Assembly: GCA_963806635.1 (NCBI GenBank)
Contig: CAWDZA010000015.1
Coordinates: 560,538-624,537 of the forward strand
Direction: 5' to 3'
DNA from: an uncultured Chloroflexia bacterium
Lineage (GTDB): Bacteria > Chloroflexota > Anaerolineae > Anaerolineales > Anaerolineaceae
DNA length: 64,000 nucleotides
Shown piece by piece: positions 29,523-39,424 of this stretch. Each line of letters begins with the position of its first letter. The stretch's first letter is position 1. The notes below the pieces were generated by a model. That model was not told where the DNA came from and made no database searches. It worked only from the letters and a program-made list of their open reading frames with translations. Both the position numbers and the translations under genes were made by a program.

Positions 29523-30656
29523 TTATTGGGTCGCGGGTGCGGGGGTATTGTTTGTTGAAGGCCAGTTAGGATATGGAATATTGAGCGCTTCTGTTCTGGG
29601 TTCAACACCATATGGAAGTTTGGCAGGCAGCTGAATATTTTTCTGGTCCATGACAAACTGAAGGGTCACAGGCTGGGTGGAGAGGATCTGTAGATCACCA
29701 GCCGAGCGAAGTGCCATGGTCAATTGAACCTTGTTTGACAGCAAATAGTTGAGGAGGACTACATCCTGCGGAGTTACGATCAGAGAAACAATATCCGGGT
29801 TCGCGGCGGCAATGGCAGCCGCACTTTGCGCATTTTGTGTGGCTTGGTCGGGGGTTGCATTTTCTCCCGCCTTTGGAAGAAGCTCGGCGGAGAAATCACC
29901 CACACGCAGGATGGTGGCATCCTGGATGACCGTCTGGCAAACCAAGCGGGGACGCTGTGATTCACTGGGAACGGAGTAGGTGACCATGTTCAGGTTAGGA
30001 TCGATAGCCGCATAACCCATCTTGGATGGATCGCCGGATGTATTGATATTGGCTGATACCGTAACGCCGGTACAGTTTTCATCCGTGCAGTTAGCGCCTG
30101 GGGCTTTGACAATGGATGTGTAATTTGGCAGCTTCGACTGAAAATTCGTATCCAGGTCAGTCAGGAGCATGCAGCCAACCATCATCACGTGATCACCCAT
30201 TTGCGGAGCGTAGGATACGAAGGTTTCACGGGTGACAGGAACTGAAAATGCGGTCATCCCTGTGGGAATTTGGAAGGAAGCCAGCGAACCGGTGGGTTGA
30301 TCTACAACCATACCCTGGGTAAGCGGCATGCGGGCTTCAAGATCAAATTTTGCCCGTTTGCCCAAGACCTCGTTCATATCGGTGATGAAAGTTCCAGAAA
30401 CCAGTTCAGTCCGTGGATATTTGACGTAAGTTAAAACACTCTCCGTGAACTGAGTGCCCTTGGCTATGGCCTGGGTGGTTAATACAATATCCACCAGTTC
30501 CCCTGAGGGGGTGGGCTGGGAAAGGGGTTGAGCAACCCCGGCTGGTTTATTAAAGAACGTCAGGTAACCATAAATCGCCCCCACAATGACGATTAACAAA
30601 ACAGCGATAAGAATTATCGTCATGCCTCTTCTTCTTCCACCTGCAGCCATGTCCAC
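29523..30656 (-). CDS. cpaB: CpaB/RcpC-like Flp pilus assembly protein. Start may instead be the internal MTIILIAV Met.
   Basis: N-terminal TM, Pro-rich C-terminus. First gene of the tad operon. Confidence 0.65.
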   Translation of the reverse strand: MDMAAGGRRRGMTIILIAVLLIVIVGAIYGYLTFFNKPAGVAQPLSQPTPSGELVDIVLTTQAIAKGTQFTESVLTYVKYPRTELVSGTFITDMNEVLGKRAKFDLEARMPLTQGMVVDQPTGSLASFQIPTGMTAFSVPVTRETFVSYAPQMGDHVMMVGCMLLTDLDTNFQSKLPNYTSIVKAPGANCTDENCTGVTVSANINTSGDPSKMGYAAIDPNLNMVTYSVPSESQRPRLVCQTVIQDATILRVGDFSAELLPKAGENATPDQATQNAQSAAAIAAANPDIVSLIVTPQDVVLLNYLLSNKVQLTMALRSAGDLQILSTQPVTLQFVMDQKNIQLPAKLPYGVEPRTEALNIPYPNWPSTNNTPAPATQ

Positions 30657-30898
30657 CTCCTTATTGATGCATAAATCTTAGGTTAAATTTAAACTCATTA
30701 TACGGCAATTGTCAACGGAAAAAGACCTTATAGAATTGTAAGGCTGCAATAATTATGCCAGACGAAATTTTGACCGTACTGAAACTTATTTAGCAATAAT
30801 TCGTAGATAGTCGTGGAAAAAATGAGCGAAATTGGCCAAAAATGGCTATAATCAATTTGAAGAATAATCGATGATCATGTTCTTTCAAGGAGGATAAA

Positions 30899-31450
30899 AT
30901 GGCTGACATGTTTCAAAGGGTGACCGACGAACAAGATATATTTAAGAAACTTCTCAGTAAAGTCCCAGGTTTCAAAGGATACGTTGATAGAGAGACCCGG
31001 CGTTCCTCAGATAAACTCATTCGCGAGAGCCTCGCCGACCGCTTTGAAGCCCTCTGGCAGCGTATATCCTCAATCCAGAAGGATATGGTAAACGAGGGCA
31101 TGATCGAGTTTGTAGATGATATGGAAGGCGCCTCTATCAAGGTCAGGCAATTCATCGACCGGGTACGCACGGCTTCCTACGGTTATGCAGGGCTTTTCGA
31201 TGCAATAAAAATTGACAGCGAGGAATTGAGTGAGCTGTATCGATACGATCTTGCCATGTTTAATCTGGCAGATGAAGCTTCCAGAGGAATAGATAATGTG
31301 GAAGCTTCCCTGGGCAGCGATGGATTAAAAGCCGCCATTAAGAATTTAGTCAATATTTCGCAGCAATGCGTGGACACATTCAACAAAAGAGTGGAAGTCA
31401 TCAAAACTGGGGTTTCCGGCGGGGATGTTGCGCTTACCCAGGTTCAATAA
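30899..31450 (+). CDS. Hypothetical all-helical 183-aa protein, co-transcribed with the SPFH gene
   Basis: AGGAGG RBS. Predicted coiled-coil/alpha-helical. No family recognised. Confidence 0.55.
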   Translation: MADMFQRVTDEQDIFKKLLSKVPGFKGYVDRETRRSSDKLIRESLADRFEALWQRISSIQKDMVNEGMIEFVDDMEGASIKVRQFIDRVRTASYGYAGLFDAIKIDSEELSELYRYDLAMFNLADEASRGIDNVEASLGSDGLKAAIKNLVNISQQCVDTFNKRVEVIKTGVSGGDVALTQVQ

Positions 31451-31477
31451 ATAGATCCGGAGGACAGGAGATAAACC

Positions 31478-32524
31478 ATGGCTAATATTTTTGAAGTCAT
31501 CGAGTACCCTGATGAGATGAAGGATGAAATCGTTCATCGTTTTCCTGAGGAAGGGTATGGCGCTTTTCATATCGGTTCACAAGTGATCGTCCGTGAACCA
31601 CAAAGGGCAGTGTTTTTCCGCGATGGGTTATCGCTGGATACTTTTGGTCCGGGAAGGCACACGATCACCACGGCAAATATACCCTTGTTGATCAACCTGA
31701 TCGGCAAGGCGTTCAATGACCGCTCTCCCTTCACTGCGGAAGTATATTTCATCGCGATGAAAGAATTCGCCGATCAAAAGTGGGGAACTCCGCAGCCTAT
31801 CCTGGTGAGCAATCCTGGCATGGGGCTGGGGGTAGCGTTGCTGCAGGGTTTTGGGACCTATAGCTTTCAGGTGGCTGATCCGCAGCAATTTGTAACCCAG
31901 ATCGTAGGTGTGCAAGGAACATACAGGACCACGGAGATCGAAGACCGATTGCGGCTGATGCTCATCTCCAAACTTCAGGATATCCTGGCTGAAACCGCCA
32001 AGACCAAATCGCTGGTCAATATCATCGCTCTAACGGAAGAGATCGGTGCCGGCGTGCGCGCCAAGGCCCAGGATGATTTCAAAGCCATTGGATTGACCCT
32101 AAAATCCTTCTATATCGGCAACCTGAAACCATCGGATAAATCCGCAGAAGAGCTGCGCGCGATGGGCGTCCTTGATTTGAATACCTATACCCAATTACAG
32201 GCGGCGGATGCCATGCGGGAAGCAGCATCCAATCCCTCCGGTGGTGCCGGTCTGACTGCCGGTATTGGCGCCGGTATGGGTATCGGGAACGTCCTGGCCA
32301 ATTCCCTGCAGGGTGTTGGCGCACAGAATCAAACTCCCGGTGCCAATGGACAAAATGCAGCAGTCATCCCGGCTGTTATGACCCCTTCTGAGGCCGCTAC
32401 GGTTTTGAAAGTTTCTGAAGAGGACGTCATGGCTGCCATTAAAGGTGGACAATTGAAAGCCAAACAAATGGGTACTGCTTACCGGATCAGCAAAGAATCG
32501 CTGGAAGAATTCTTGAAAAGCTGA
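31478..32524 (+). CDS. SPFH/Band-7 family protein of the YdjI type (Band_7_1-like) with Gly-rich linker and C-terminal excisionase-type HTH (HTH_17-like)
   Basis: N-terminal FEVIEYPDEM.DEIVHRFPEEG...IGSQVIVREPQRAVFFRDG...FGPGRHTITTANIPLL...SPFTAEVYF...KWGT parallels B. subtilis YdjI. C-terminal MTPSEAATVLKVSEEDVMAAIKGGQLKAKQMGTAYRISKESLEEFL. Confidence 0.7.
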   Translation: MANIFEVIEYPDEMKDEIVHRFPEEGYGAFHIGSQVIVREPQRAVFFRDGLSLDTFGPGRHTITTANIPLLINLIGKAFNDRSPFTAEVYFIAMKEFADQKWGTPQPILVSNPGMGLGVALLQGFGTYSFQVADPQQFVTQIVGVQGTYRTTEIEDRLRLMLISKLQDILAETAKTKSLVNIIALTEEIGAGVRAKAQDDFKAIGLTLKSFYIGNLKPSDKSAEELRAMGVLDLNTYTQLQAADAMREAASNPSGGAGLTAGIGAGMGIGNVLANSLQGVGAQNQTPGANGQNAAVIPAVMTPSEAATVLKVSEEDVMAAIKGGQLKAKQMGTAYRISKESLEEFLKS

Positions 32525-32540
32525 CCCCTCAAAAATTATT

Positions 32541-32576
32541 CTCCCCCCATTCAGTAAGAGTGGGGGGATTTTTTTC
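32541..32576 (+). terminator. Rho-independent terminator after the SPFH gene
   Basis: CTCCCCCCA-loop-TGGGGGGAT followed by T7. Confidence 0.65.
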
Positions 32577-32627
32577 GTCATGTTATAATTTTTACATTGA
32601 AGGTCATCTCCTAAAAAGGCGGACCGG

Positions 32628-33770
32628 ATGAGATTACACGAATACCAATCGAAAAGCATTTTTGCACAGCACGGTATTCCAATCCCCAAAGGTAGAGTAG
32701 CAAATACAGCAGGTGAGGTAAAACAGATCGCTGAGGAACTCGGCGGTCGCGTTGTTATTAAAGCCCAGGTGTTGGTGGGCAGCCGCGGAAAAGCAGGTGG
32801 TATCCGGCTTGCAAAATCGGTGCAGGAAGCAGAGGAGATTGCAACGCAGATCCTTTCCATGGATTTACGAGGGCTCGCAGTCCGACGCGTGTTGGTGGAT
32901 GAAATCGTTAGTTTTTCCAAAGAGATCTACTTGGGGATTACGAATGACCGCACTGAGCGTAAACCTGTCATCATTGCCTCAGGCGCGGGAGGGATCGATA
33001 TCGAACAAGTGGCCCGGGAAACCCCCGAGCGGATCATAAAGGTGTATCTGGATGCGCCATTTGGTCTACACGATTTTCAAACTCGCGAGTTGGCGATTGG
33101 GATTGATCTTCCCCGTGAATTGTGGAAATCATTTAATGGGATAGCGAAAGGTCTTTGGAAGGCGTTTAAAGAAAATGATGCCGCCATCGCAGAGATCAAT
33201 CCCCTGGTTGTAACTCAATCTGGAAGCCTGATCGCGCTTGATGGAAAACTAATCGTCGATGACAACTCGCTTTTCCGGCATCCCGAGCTGGTGGAGATCC
33301 GCGACTTGGATGCAGAAGAACCAGTGGAGGTGGAAGCCCGAAAATATGGTCTTTCCTATATTCGACTGGATGGAAATATCGGTTGTATGGTGAACGGCGC
33401 CGGTCTGGCGATGGCAACCCTGGATATCATCAAACAGAGCGGTGGGAATCCATCCAATTTTTTGGATATTGGTGGGGGAGCCAGCGCGGATAAAGTATCC
33501 ACTGCGTTGCGGATCATTTGTGCAGATCCTGCTGTAAAAGTTATCCTAGTCAATATTTTCGGCGGGATCACCCGCTGCGACGAAGTTGCCCGTGGTATCC
33601 TAGCGGCGCGGAATGAGGTCAATAGGTCTATTCCACTGGTGGTTCGCCTGGCTGGAACAAACGCAGAGAAAGGGTTGAAATTGCTGGCAGATACTGATAT
33701 GAAAACTGCCTCCAGCCTTGAAGATGCTGCAAGAAAAGCCGTGGAAATTGCTGCCAGGGAGATGAAATGA
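32628..33770 (+). CDS. sucC: Succinyl-CoA synthetase beta subunit
   Basis: [21 protein letters not shown]-grasp N-terminus. Confidence 0.95.
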   Translation: MRLHEYQSKSIFAQHGIPIPKGRVANTAGEVKQIAEELGGRVVIKAQVLVGSRGKAGGIRLAKSVQEAEEIATQILSMDLRGLAVRRVLVDEIVSFSKEIYLGITNDRTERKPVIIASGAGGIDIEQVARETPERIIKVYLDAPFGLHDFQTRELAIGIDLPRELWKSFNGIAKGLWKAFKENDAAIAEINPLVVTQSGSLIALDGKLIVDDNSLFRHPELVEIRDLDAEEPVEVEARKYGLSYIRLDGNIGCMVNGAGLAMATLDIIKQSGGNPSNFLDIGGGASADKVSTALRIICADPAVKVILVNIFGGITRCDEVARGILAARNEVNRSIPLVVRLAGTNAEKGLKLLADTDMKTASSLEDAARKAVEIAAREMK

Positions 33771-34633
33771 GCATTTTAGTCAATAAGCAGACCCGCGTCC
33801 TGGTGCAGGGAATCACCGGGCACGAAGGGTCATTCCATACGGCTCAGATGATCGCAGCTGGCACTGAAGTTGTCGCGGGGGTGACCCCTGGCAGAGGGGG
33901 AGAATGGGTGCTGGATGGAAAAGTGCCGGTTTTCGATACTGTCAAACAGGCAGTGGGTGTTACGGAGGTGAATGCCGGCGTGATCTTTGTGCCTGCCAGC
34001 GCGGCAGCAGATGCAATTCTGGAAGAAGCTGATGCTGGTTTGGAATTGATCGTTTGTATCACAGAAGGCATCCCGGTGAAGGATATGATCCAAACCTGTG
34101 CCGGATTGAAAAAGACACAATCGCGCTTGATCGGACCGAATTGCCCGGGGATCATCTCTCCAGGTGAATCGTTGGTGGGGATCATTCCGGCAAGTATTGC
34201 CATTCCGGGGGATATCGGTATCATCTCACGATCTGGCACCCTGACCTACGAGGTGCTGCACGGGCTCAAACAAGCAGGATTGGGTGTAAGCACGTGTGTT
34301 GGCATAGGGGGAGACGCGATCAAAGGGTGCGACTTCGTAGATCTGCTCGAGTTCTTTGAAGATGACCCTCACACAAAATCTGTAGTGCTGATCGGTGAGA
34401 TTGGCGGTATGGACGAAGAACGCGCCGCCGAGATGATCGCAGCAAAATTCTCAAAACCGGTGTATGGATTTATTGCAGGGTTATCCGCACCGGCTGGCAA
34501 GCGGATGGGTCACGCTGGGGCGATTGTGGAAGGTGGAAGCGGAGGAGCCGAGGAAAAGGTGGAGGCTCTTCAGCAGGCTGGAGTCAAAGTTGCTGCCAGC
34601 CCGGGAGAGGTGATTAGCCTGATTCAGAAATAA
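33767..34633 (+). CDS. sucD: Succinyl-CoA synthetase alpha subunit
   Basis: ATGA overlap with suc[11 protein letters not shown]... CoA-binding, and the phosphohistidine-loop region. Confidence 0.95.
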   Translation: MSILVNKQTRVLVQGITGHEGSFHTAQMIAAGTEVVAGVTPGRGGEWVLDGKVPVFDTVKQAVGVTEVNAGVIFVPASAAADAILEEADAGLELIVCITEGIPVKDMIQTCAGLKKTQSRLIGPNCPGIISPGESLVGIIPASIAIPGDIGIISRSGTLTYEVLHGLKQAGLGVSTCVGIGGDAIKGCDFVDLLEFFEDDPHTKSVVLIGEIGGMDEERAAEMIAAKFSKPVYGFIAGLSAPAGKRMGHAGAIVEGGSGGAEEKVEALQQAGVKVAASPGEVISLIQK

Positions 34634-34668
34634 AAAAAGACAATTGTCCAATGAATAATTGTCTTTTT
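34634..34668. terminator. Bidirectional terminator between sucD and acpP
   Basis: AAAGACAATT-11 nt-AATTGTCTTT with A7 and T5 flanks. Confidence 0.55.
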
Positions 34669-34689
34669 CGAGAGTCATGAGATCTGGGA

Positions 34690-34926
34690 TTATTTCTTGT
34701 GTGTATCGATATATTTCACCGCGTCTGAGACCGTCTTAATTTGGCGGGCATCTTCATCATTGATCGTAAGAGAGAATTTCTCGCAAAAACCGTCGATCAG
34801 GAAGAACTGATCCATGGAATCTGCTTTCAAATCTTCCACAAAGCGTGTTTCTGGAGTGATTTCACTGGTATCGACCTTTAATACATCCGCAATAACTGCT
34901 TTCACTTCTTCCAAAGTGCTGGCCAT
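34690..34926 (-). CDS. acpP: Acyl carrier protein
   Basis: LKADSMDQ phosphopantetheine site region. ATG at 34926 has AGGAGG upstream. The track start is extended. Confidence 0.85.
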   Translation of the reverse strand: MASTLEEVKAVIADVLKVDTSEITPETRFVEDLKADSMDQFFLIDGFCEKFSLTINDEDARQIKTVSDAVKYIDTHKK

Positions 34927-35073
34927 GGATTGATCCTCCTGATGATTTTCAATAATTGTAACCATCAATATCCACATGTCAAGAATGGGATAATGAGGAT
35001 GTTAAATTATTGATGGCATTAAGTTATACTTTTACTTACTGGATTAACAACACCATTAAATAGGTTAAGTTGC

Positions 35074-36105
35074 ATGTCGATGGAAGAACGTAAGAACGAT
35101 CACATTCAAATCAATCTGCAAAAAGACGTGCGGAGCAGCCGGAAAACCGGGCTGGACGCGTTGCGGTTTGTTCACAATGCACTTCCAGAAATAGCATTTC
35201 AAGACGTGGATTGCAGCAGTACTTTCATGGGGTATAAGGCATCTCTACCGGTGATGATTTCCTCCATGACCGGCGGTACGAATGACGGCGGAAGAATCAA
35301 TAAAATCCTTGCAAGCACTGCAGAAAAATACGGATTGGCAATGGGTCTTGGTTCAATGCGCATCGCCCTGGAAAATCCGGAAAAATTGGAAACCTTCAAA
35401 GTCCGAAAATACGCTCCCAATATTCTTCTATTCTCCAATTTGGGTGCCGTCCAGCTAAATTACGGGTTTACGGTTGAGCATTGCCAGCGAGCGGTTGATG
35501 CAGTGGATGCCAACGGGTTAATCCTGCATCTGAATTGTCTTCAGGAGGCGCTGCAACCCGAAGGGAATACCGATTTTTCAGGCTTGCTGGGAAAAATCGA
35601 AAAGGTGTGCCGAAAATTATCTGTACCGGTAATCGTAAAAGAAATCGGGTGGGGTCTTTCAGCCTCCGTTGCAAAGAAGTTGATCGAAGCAGGTGTGGCC
35701 GGGTTGGACACCGCCGGCGCGGGCGGAACTTCCTGGTCAGAGGTGGAAAAATATCGCGCGGTTGATAATATCCAATCGCAGACAGCAGCTATCTTCAAAG
35801 ATTGGGGCATCCCATTGGTGGACTCACTCACGGCAATTCGGAAGCAGAATGACAAAATCCCTCTGGTCGCATCCGGGGGAATAAAAACCGGGTTGGATAT
35901 CGCGAAATGCCTGGCGCTGGGTGCGAATATGTGCGGAATTGCAGGTGGTTTTCTAAAAGCAGCAGCAGGGTCCCAAGAAGATGCTTACGAATTTACTGAG
36001 ATCCTCCATCGGCAGCTTCGAGTAACCATGTTCGCAACCGGTGCGAGAAATATTGAAGAACTTCGAAAACTGCCCTTGATCGGGCAAGATTGCCAGGGAC
36101 TATAG
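35074..36105 (+). CDS. fni: Isopentenyl-diphosphate delta-isomerase, type 2 (FMN-dependent)
   Basis: RKNDHIQINL...MTGG...GVAGLDTAGAGGTSW. Confidence 0.9.
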   Translation: MSMEERKNDHIQINLQKDVRSSRKTGLDALRFVHNALPEIAFQDVDCSSTFMGYKASLPVMISSMTGGTNDGGRINKILASTAEKYGLAMGLGSMRIALENPEKLETFKVRKYAPNILLFSNLGAVQLNYGFTVEHCQRAVDAVDANGLILHLNCLQEALQPEGNTDFSGLLGKIEKVCRKLSVPVIVKEIGWGLSASVAKKLIEAGVAGLDTAGAGGTSWSEVEKYRAVDNIQSQTAAIFKDWGIPLVDSLTAIRKQNDKIPLVASGGIKTGLDIAKCLALGANMCGIAGGFLKAAAGSQEDAYEFTEILHRQLRVTMFATGARNIEELRKLPLIGQDCQGL

Positions 36106-37106
36106 TGGATTCTTTCGTTCAATATCAGGCAAGAATGATCCCGCGCGTAAATGGGACAATGTTTGGTTATTTCCAGGAATTGCTGCCTAATGAATATCTT
36201 GGACAGAAAAAGATCATAAATTATCATTTTAATTGGGGGGATGGGGAAAAAAGGAATCACAAAGGCGGAAAGCGTTTGCGTCCTTTGATCTTGATACTCG
36301 CTGCGGAGTGTGTGGGCGGTGAATCGGAAAGAGCTCTACCTGCGGCTGCTGCAGTTGAATTCATACATAATTTTTCGCTCATCCATGATGATATTGAAGA
36401 TCGCGATGAATTTCGACACGGCCAGGAGACCGCCTGGAAGAAATTCGGCGTGGAGAAAGCTATCAACGCCGGAGACGCGCTCTTTTCACTGGCCTTTTTA
36501 TGTCTGGCACAGCAAAAAGGTGCAGGAGAAGAGATTCTTGAATTGATTCGGATCCTGAGCTCCACCTGTGCGATGCTTACCGGCGGACAGGATATGGACC
36601 TCGAGTTTGAAACGAGGCAAGATATTTCAATTGATGCGTATATGACCATGGTGCGCGGAAAAACAGCTTCGCTTTTCGAAGCATGTTGCGAAATGGGAGC
36701 GCTCATCGGGGGCGGGACGAAGGAGCAACAAGCAGCGTTATCCGTGATGGGCAACCGCTTAGGGTTGGCATTTCAGATCCGTGATGACTGGCTAGGCCTC
36801 TGGGGTGATCCGGTTAAAACCGGAAAGAAGGCGGGAAACGACCTGATCACCGGCAAGAAGACACTGCCAATTCTATTTGCAATTCAAAAACAACCTGAAC
36901 TTCATCATTTATTTCAGGCGAAATTATTTGAGAAGAACATTGATGAGGAGATACAAAGAATTGCATCCACGGGTGCCAGCGAATATACTATCGCATATCA
37001 AACCCAACTATTGGATGAAGCAGAATCTGAACTTCAGAAAATTAATATTGAAAATCCTGCGATGCAGATATTCAAATCCCTGATTGGGAGCATCCGGCAA
37101 AATTAA
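36105..37106 (+). CDS. Polyprenyl (geranylgeranyl) diphosphate synthase. Start is ambiguous (TTG 36090, GTG 36105 or ATG 36134).
   Basis: GKRLRP, the first DDxxD region FSLIHDDIEDRDEFRHG, and KTASLFEA. Confidence 0.85.
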   Translation: MDSFVQYQARMIPRVNGTMFGYFQELLPNEYLGQKKIINYHFNWGDGEKRNHKGGKRLRPLILILAAECVGGESERALPAAAAVEFIHNFSLIHDDIEDRDEFRHGQETAWKKFGVEKAINAGDALFSLAFLCLAQQKGAGEEILELIRILSSTCAMLTGGQDMDLEFETRQDISIDAYMTMVRGKTASLFEACCEMGALIGGGTKEQQAALSVMGNRLGLAFQIRDDWLGLWGDPVKTGKKAGNDLITGKKTLPILFAIQKQPELHHLFQAKLFEKNIDEEIQRIASTGASEYTIAYQTQLLDEAESELQKINIENPAMQIFKSLIGSIRQN

Positions 37107-37134
37107 CGCAACGATATTAAAGCGAGAGAACCCA

Positions 37135-37779
37135 ATGCCAATCCAGAATGGTGAAAAAGAATCTGTTTATCGCGCAGCCGGCCTACTTGAAGGAAAGGAT
37201 ATTGATCTCAAAACGATCGAAGAATCCACGAGGAAGATCCTAGTCTCCTTCGGGGAGGATCCTGATAGGGAAGGCTTGTTGAGAACCCCCGATAGGGTTT
37301 CAAAAATGTATACCGAATTACTGGCTGGCTACCGGACAGATCCTTTTGAGATGTTAAATGACGCGCTTTTCGAAATTCAATATGATGAAATGGTGATCGT
37401 ACGAGATATTGAGTTTTATAGCCTTTGCGAACATCATATGCTCCCGTTTGTGGGCAGGGCGCATGTTGCGTATATGCCGAAGGGCAGGGTGATCGGACTT
37501 TCGAAGATTCCCCGGGTTGTGGATATGTTCGCCCGCCGGTTACAGGTACAGGAACGGATGACAACGCAAATCGCGAATTTTCTCCATGAACTACTGCAAC
37601 CATCCGGCGTGGCCGTTGTGCTGGAAGCGCTGCACCTGTGCTCGATCATTCGCGGTGTGAAAAAGCATGATTCCCGGATGACGACCTCCGCCATGCTGGG
37701 TACATTTAGAACAGATATGGCGCAGAGAATGGAATTTCTGGATAATATCTCGCGCAGCGCCGAACCACTGCACTTTTAA
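37135..37779 (+). CDS. folE: GTP cyclohydrolase I
   Basis: FYSLCEHHMLPFVGRAHVAYMPKGRVIGLSKIPRVVDMFARRLQVQE. ATG at 37135. The track start is extended. Confidence 0.9.
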   Translation: MPIQNGEKESVYRAAGLLEGKDIDLKTIEESTRKILVSFGEDPDREGLLRTPDRVSKMYTELLAGYRTDPFEMLNDALFEIQYDEMVIVRDIEFYSLCEHHMLPFVGRAHVAYMPKGRVIGLSKIPRVVDMFARRLQVQERMTTQIANFLHELLQPSGVAVVLEALHLCSIIRGVKKHDSRMTTSAMLGTFRTDMAQRMEFLDNISRSAEPLHF

Positions 37780-38258
37780 AAGGTCAAGTTCAAATTGACA
37801 TCCGGACGCGCCTTCCAAAAGGCGCATTTTTGCATTTCCGTTGCTAGTGAAGCAAGCGTTTTTCCACTTTCAGGATCGATAATTTCCGGGATCAATTCGG
37901 CAAGGGGAACTGCCAGGTAGATCCGGTTCCAGATATTCATATCGCGAGGGGTTTGATCCACTATGGAAATATCCAAATCAATGGTTCTGGGCGCGTTTTT
38001 ATCTGCAGTTCGGATGCGGCCAAGGGACGCTTCGAGGTTCCTGAGGAAGCCATATTTAAGCTCGTCGGTTGAAAAGGATGTTTGAAAATTCGCTGCAGCG
38101 TTTAGGAAATTTGGACCTGTCGAACCTTCGGCGGACGTTTCGATTACAGAAGAGCAAACCACCAAGCCAAAATTCTGGCGGATCTCCCCGATGGCGCGGG
38201 TGAGGTTTTCTTCCGGATGGATGTTCGAGCCAAGCGAAATATATATTGAAAATGCCAT
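37776..38258 (-). CDS. folK: 2-amino-4-hydroxy-6-hydroxymethyldihydropteridine pyrophosphokinase
   Basis: IYISLGSNI...EN.AI....FG..V.SSVIETS. Convergent 4-nt overlap with folE. Confidence 0.85.
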   Translation of the reverse strand: MAFSIYISLGSNIHPEENLTRAIGEIRQNFGLVVCSSVIETSAEGSTGPNFLNAAANFQTSFSTDELKYGFLRNLEASLGRIRTADKNAPRTIDLDISIVDQTPRDMNIWNRIYLAVPLAELIPEIIDPESGKTLASLATEMQKCAFWKARPDVNLNLTF

Positions 38259-38264
38259 AGAACA

Positions 38265-38612
38265 CTAAGGGCGTTCGATCTCAACTCCGACTGAACGAGA
38301 AAAGCGGACAGCACCGGGTTTTTCTACGCGAACCCGGACTTTTTCAACACCCTTCTCTTCAAGCAGCAAATTGGCAATATCTCCAGCCAGGGCTTCCACA
38401 GTATACCGATCGGCTTTTTCGGCATAGGCGATCACCTTTTTCGCCAAACTGCGATAATTTACACAATCGTCGATGGAATCGCTTTTCGAAGCGACCCGAA
38501 TATCTGTAAAAATTACGATATTGATCAAGATATCCTGGGGTTGAGAACGTTCCCGGTCGGTGATGCCAATGATGCCCCGGATGAGCAAATCGGAAATAAA
38601 TACCTGGTCCAT
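38265..38612 (-). CDS. folB: Dihydroneopterin aldolase
   Basis: MDQVFISDLLIRGIIGITDRER...VNYRSLAKKV. Confidence 0.85.
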   Translation of the reverse strand: MDQVFISDLLIRGIIGITDRERSQPQDILINIVIFTDIRVASKSDSIDDCVNYRSLAKKVIAYAEKADRYTVEALAGDIANLLLEEKGVEKVRVRVEKPGAVRFSRSVGVEIERP

Positions 38613-38621
38613 GTTTACCTC

Positions 38622-39338
38622 TCAGATCAAATGTCGACCGCCATCCAGATGGATGATCTCACCGGTGATGTATTGCGGTCCTTGTATCAGGAATTGGACA
38701 GTCTGGCAGACCTCATCCATTTCCGCGGTGCGTCCCAGGGGGACTGATTCAAGCATTTTTTCGGTTGAAGACCCGTCGCTGGGGGGCAGGATCGCCCCAA
38801 AAGCAATTCCATTTACTGTTATGTTGGGAGCCAGCGAGACTGCCATGGCCTGGGTCATGGCAGCCAGGGCGGCTTTGCTGATCGTATAGGGAAAGTGATC
38901 CATGCCGGGTCTGAGTGCGCGCCAATCGAGGATATTTATTATTTGCCCGTGGGCACCCGGTTTCAGCCGTTCAGCAAACCACTTCGAAAGGAGGAACGGT
39001 GCAGTCAAGTTGACCGCCATGTGGCGGTTCCAATCATCCAGGCTGGAATCCTGGAATGAAAGGGTTTCAAAAATCGCGGCGTTATTGATCAGGCATGTGA
39101 TTTCCAAACCCGAAGGCAGGTTCCCTAAATCTGCTAAAAGGTTCTCCGGTTTGGAGAGATCAGATTTGATAATATATGCATTCCTGCCCAATTTCTCAAT
39201 TTGACTCAACACTAGCGGAGCTTCTGTATCCGAATGCCCGTGGTGAATGACCACATCGTAACCAGCTGCAGCCAGGCATAACCCCAGCTGCCTGCCAATT
39301 CTTTTTGCTGCTCCTGTAATAAGTACTGTCTTTGTCAT
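38622..39338 (-). CDS. folM: SDR-family pteridine/dihydromonapterin reductase-like oxidoreductase
   Basis: TVLITGAAKRIGRQ and YxxxK (YTISKAALAAM). Ends LDGGRHL like FolM/PTR1. Sits in the folate gene cluster. ATG at 39338. Confidence 0.7.
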   Translation of the reverse strand: MTKTVLITGAAKRIGRQLGLCLAAAGYDVVIHHGHSDTEAPLVLSQIEKLGRNAYIIKSDLSKPENLLADLGNLPSGLEITCLINNAAIFETLSFQDSSLDDWNRHMAVNLTAPFLLSKWFAERLKPGAHGQIINILDWRALRPGMDHFPYTISKAALAAMTQAMAVSLAPNITVNGIAFGAILPPSDGSSTEKMLESVPLGRTAEMDEVCQTVQFLIQGPQYITGEIIHLDGGRHLI

Positions 39339-39424
39339 TTTCAACCTTTGATAAATGGATAATAGTGGAAAGTAAAACGCCTGTCAATCAACTGAATTAG
39401 GATTTTATAATCTTTAGGTCGGCG

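Noticed and set aside
30657-30898. Searched for a small Flp-pilin ORF upstream of cpaB
   Set aside because: Every minus-strand ATG hits a stop within a few codons. The region is an AT-rich divergent promoter.
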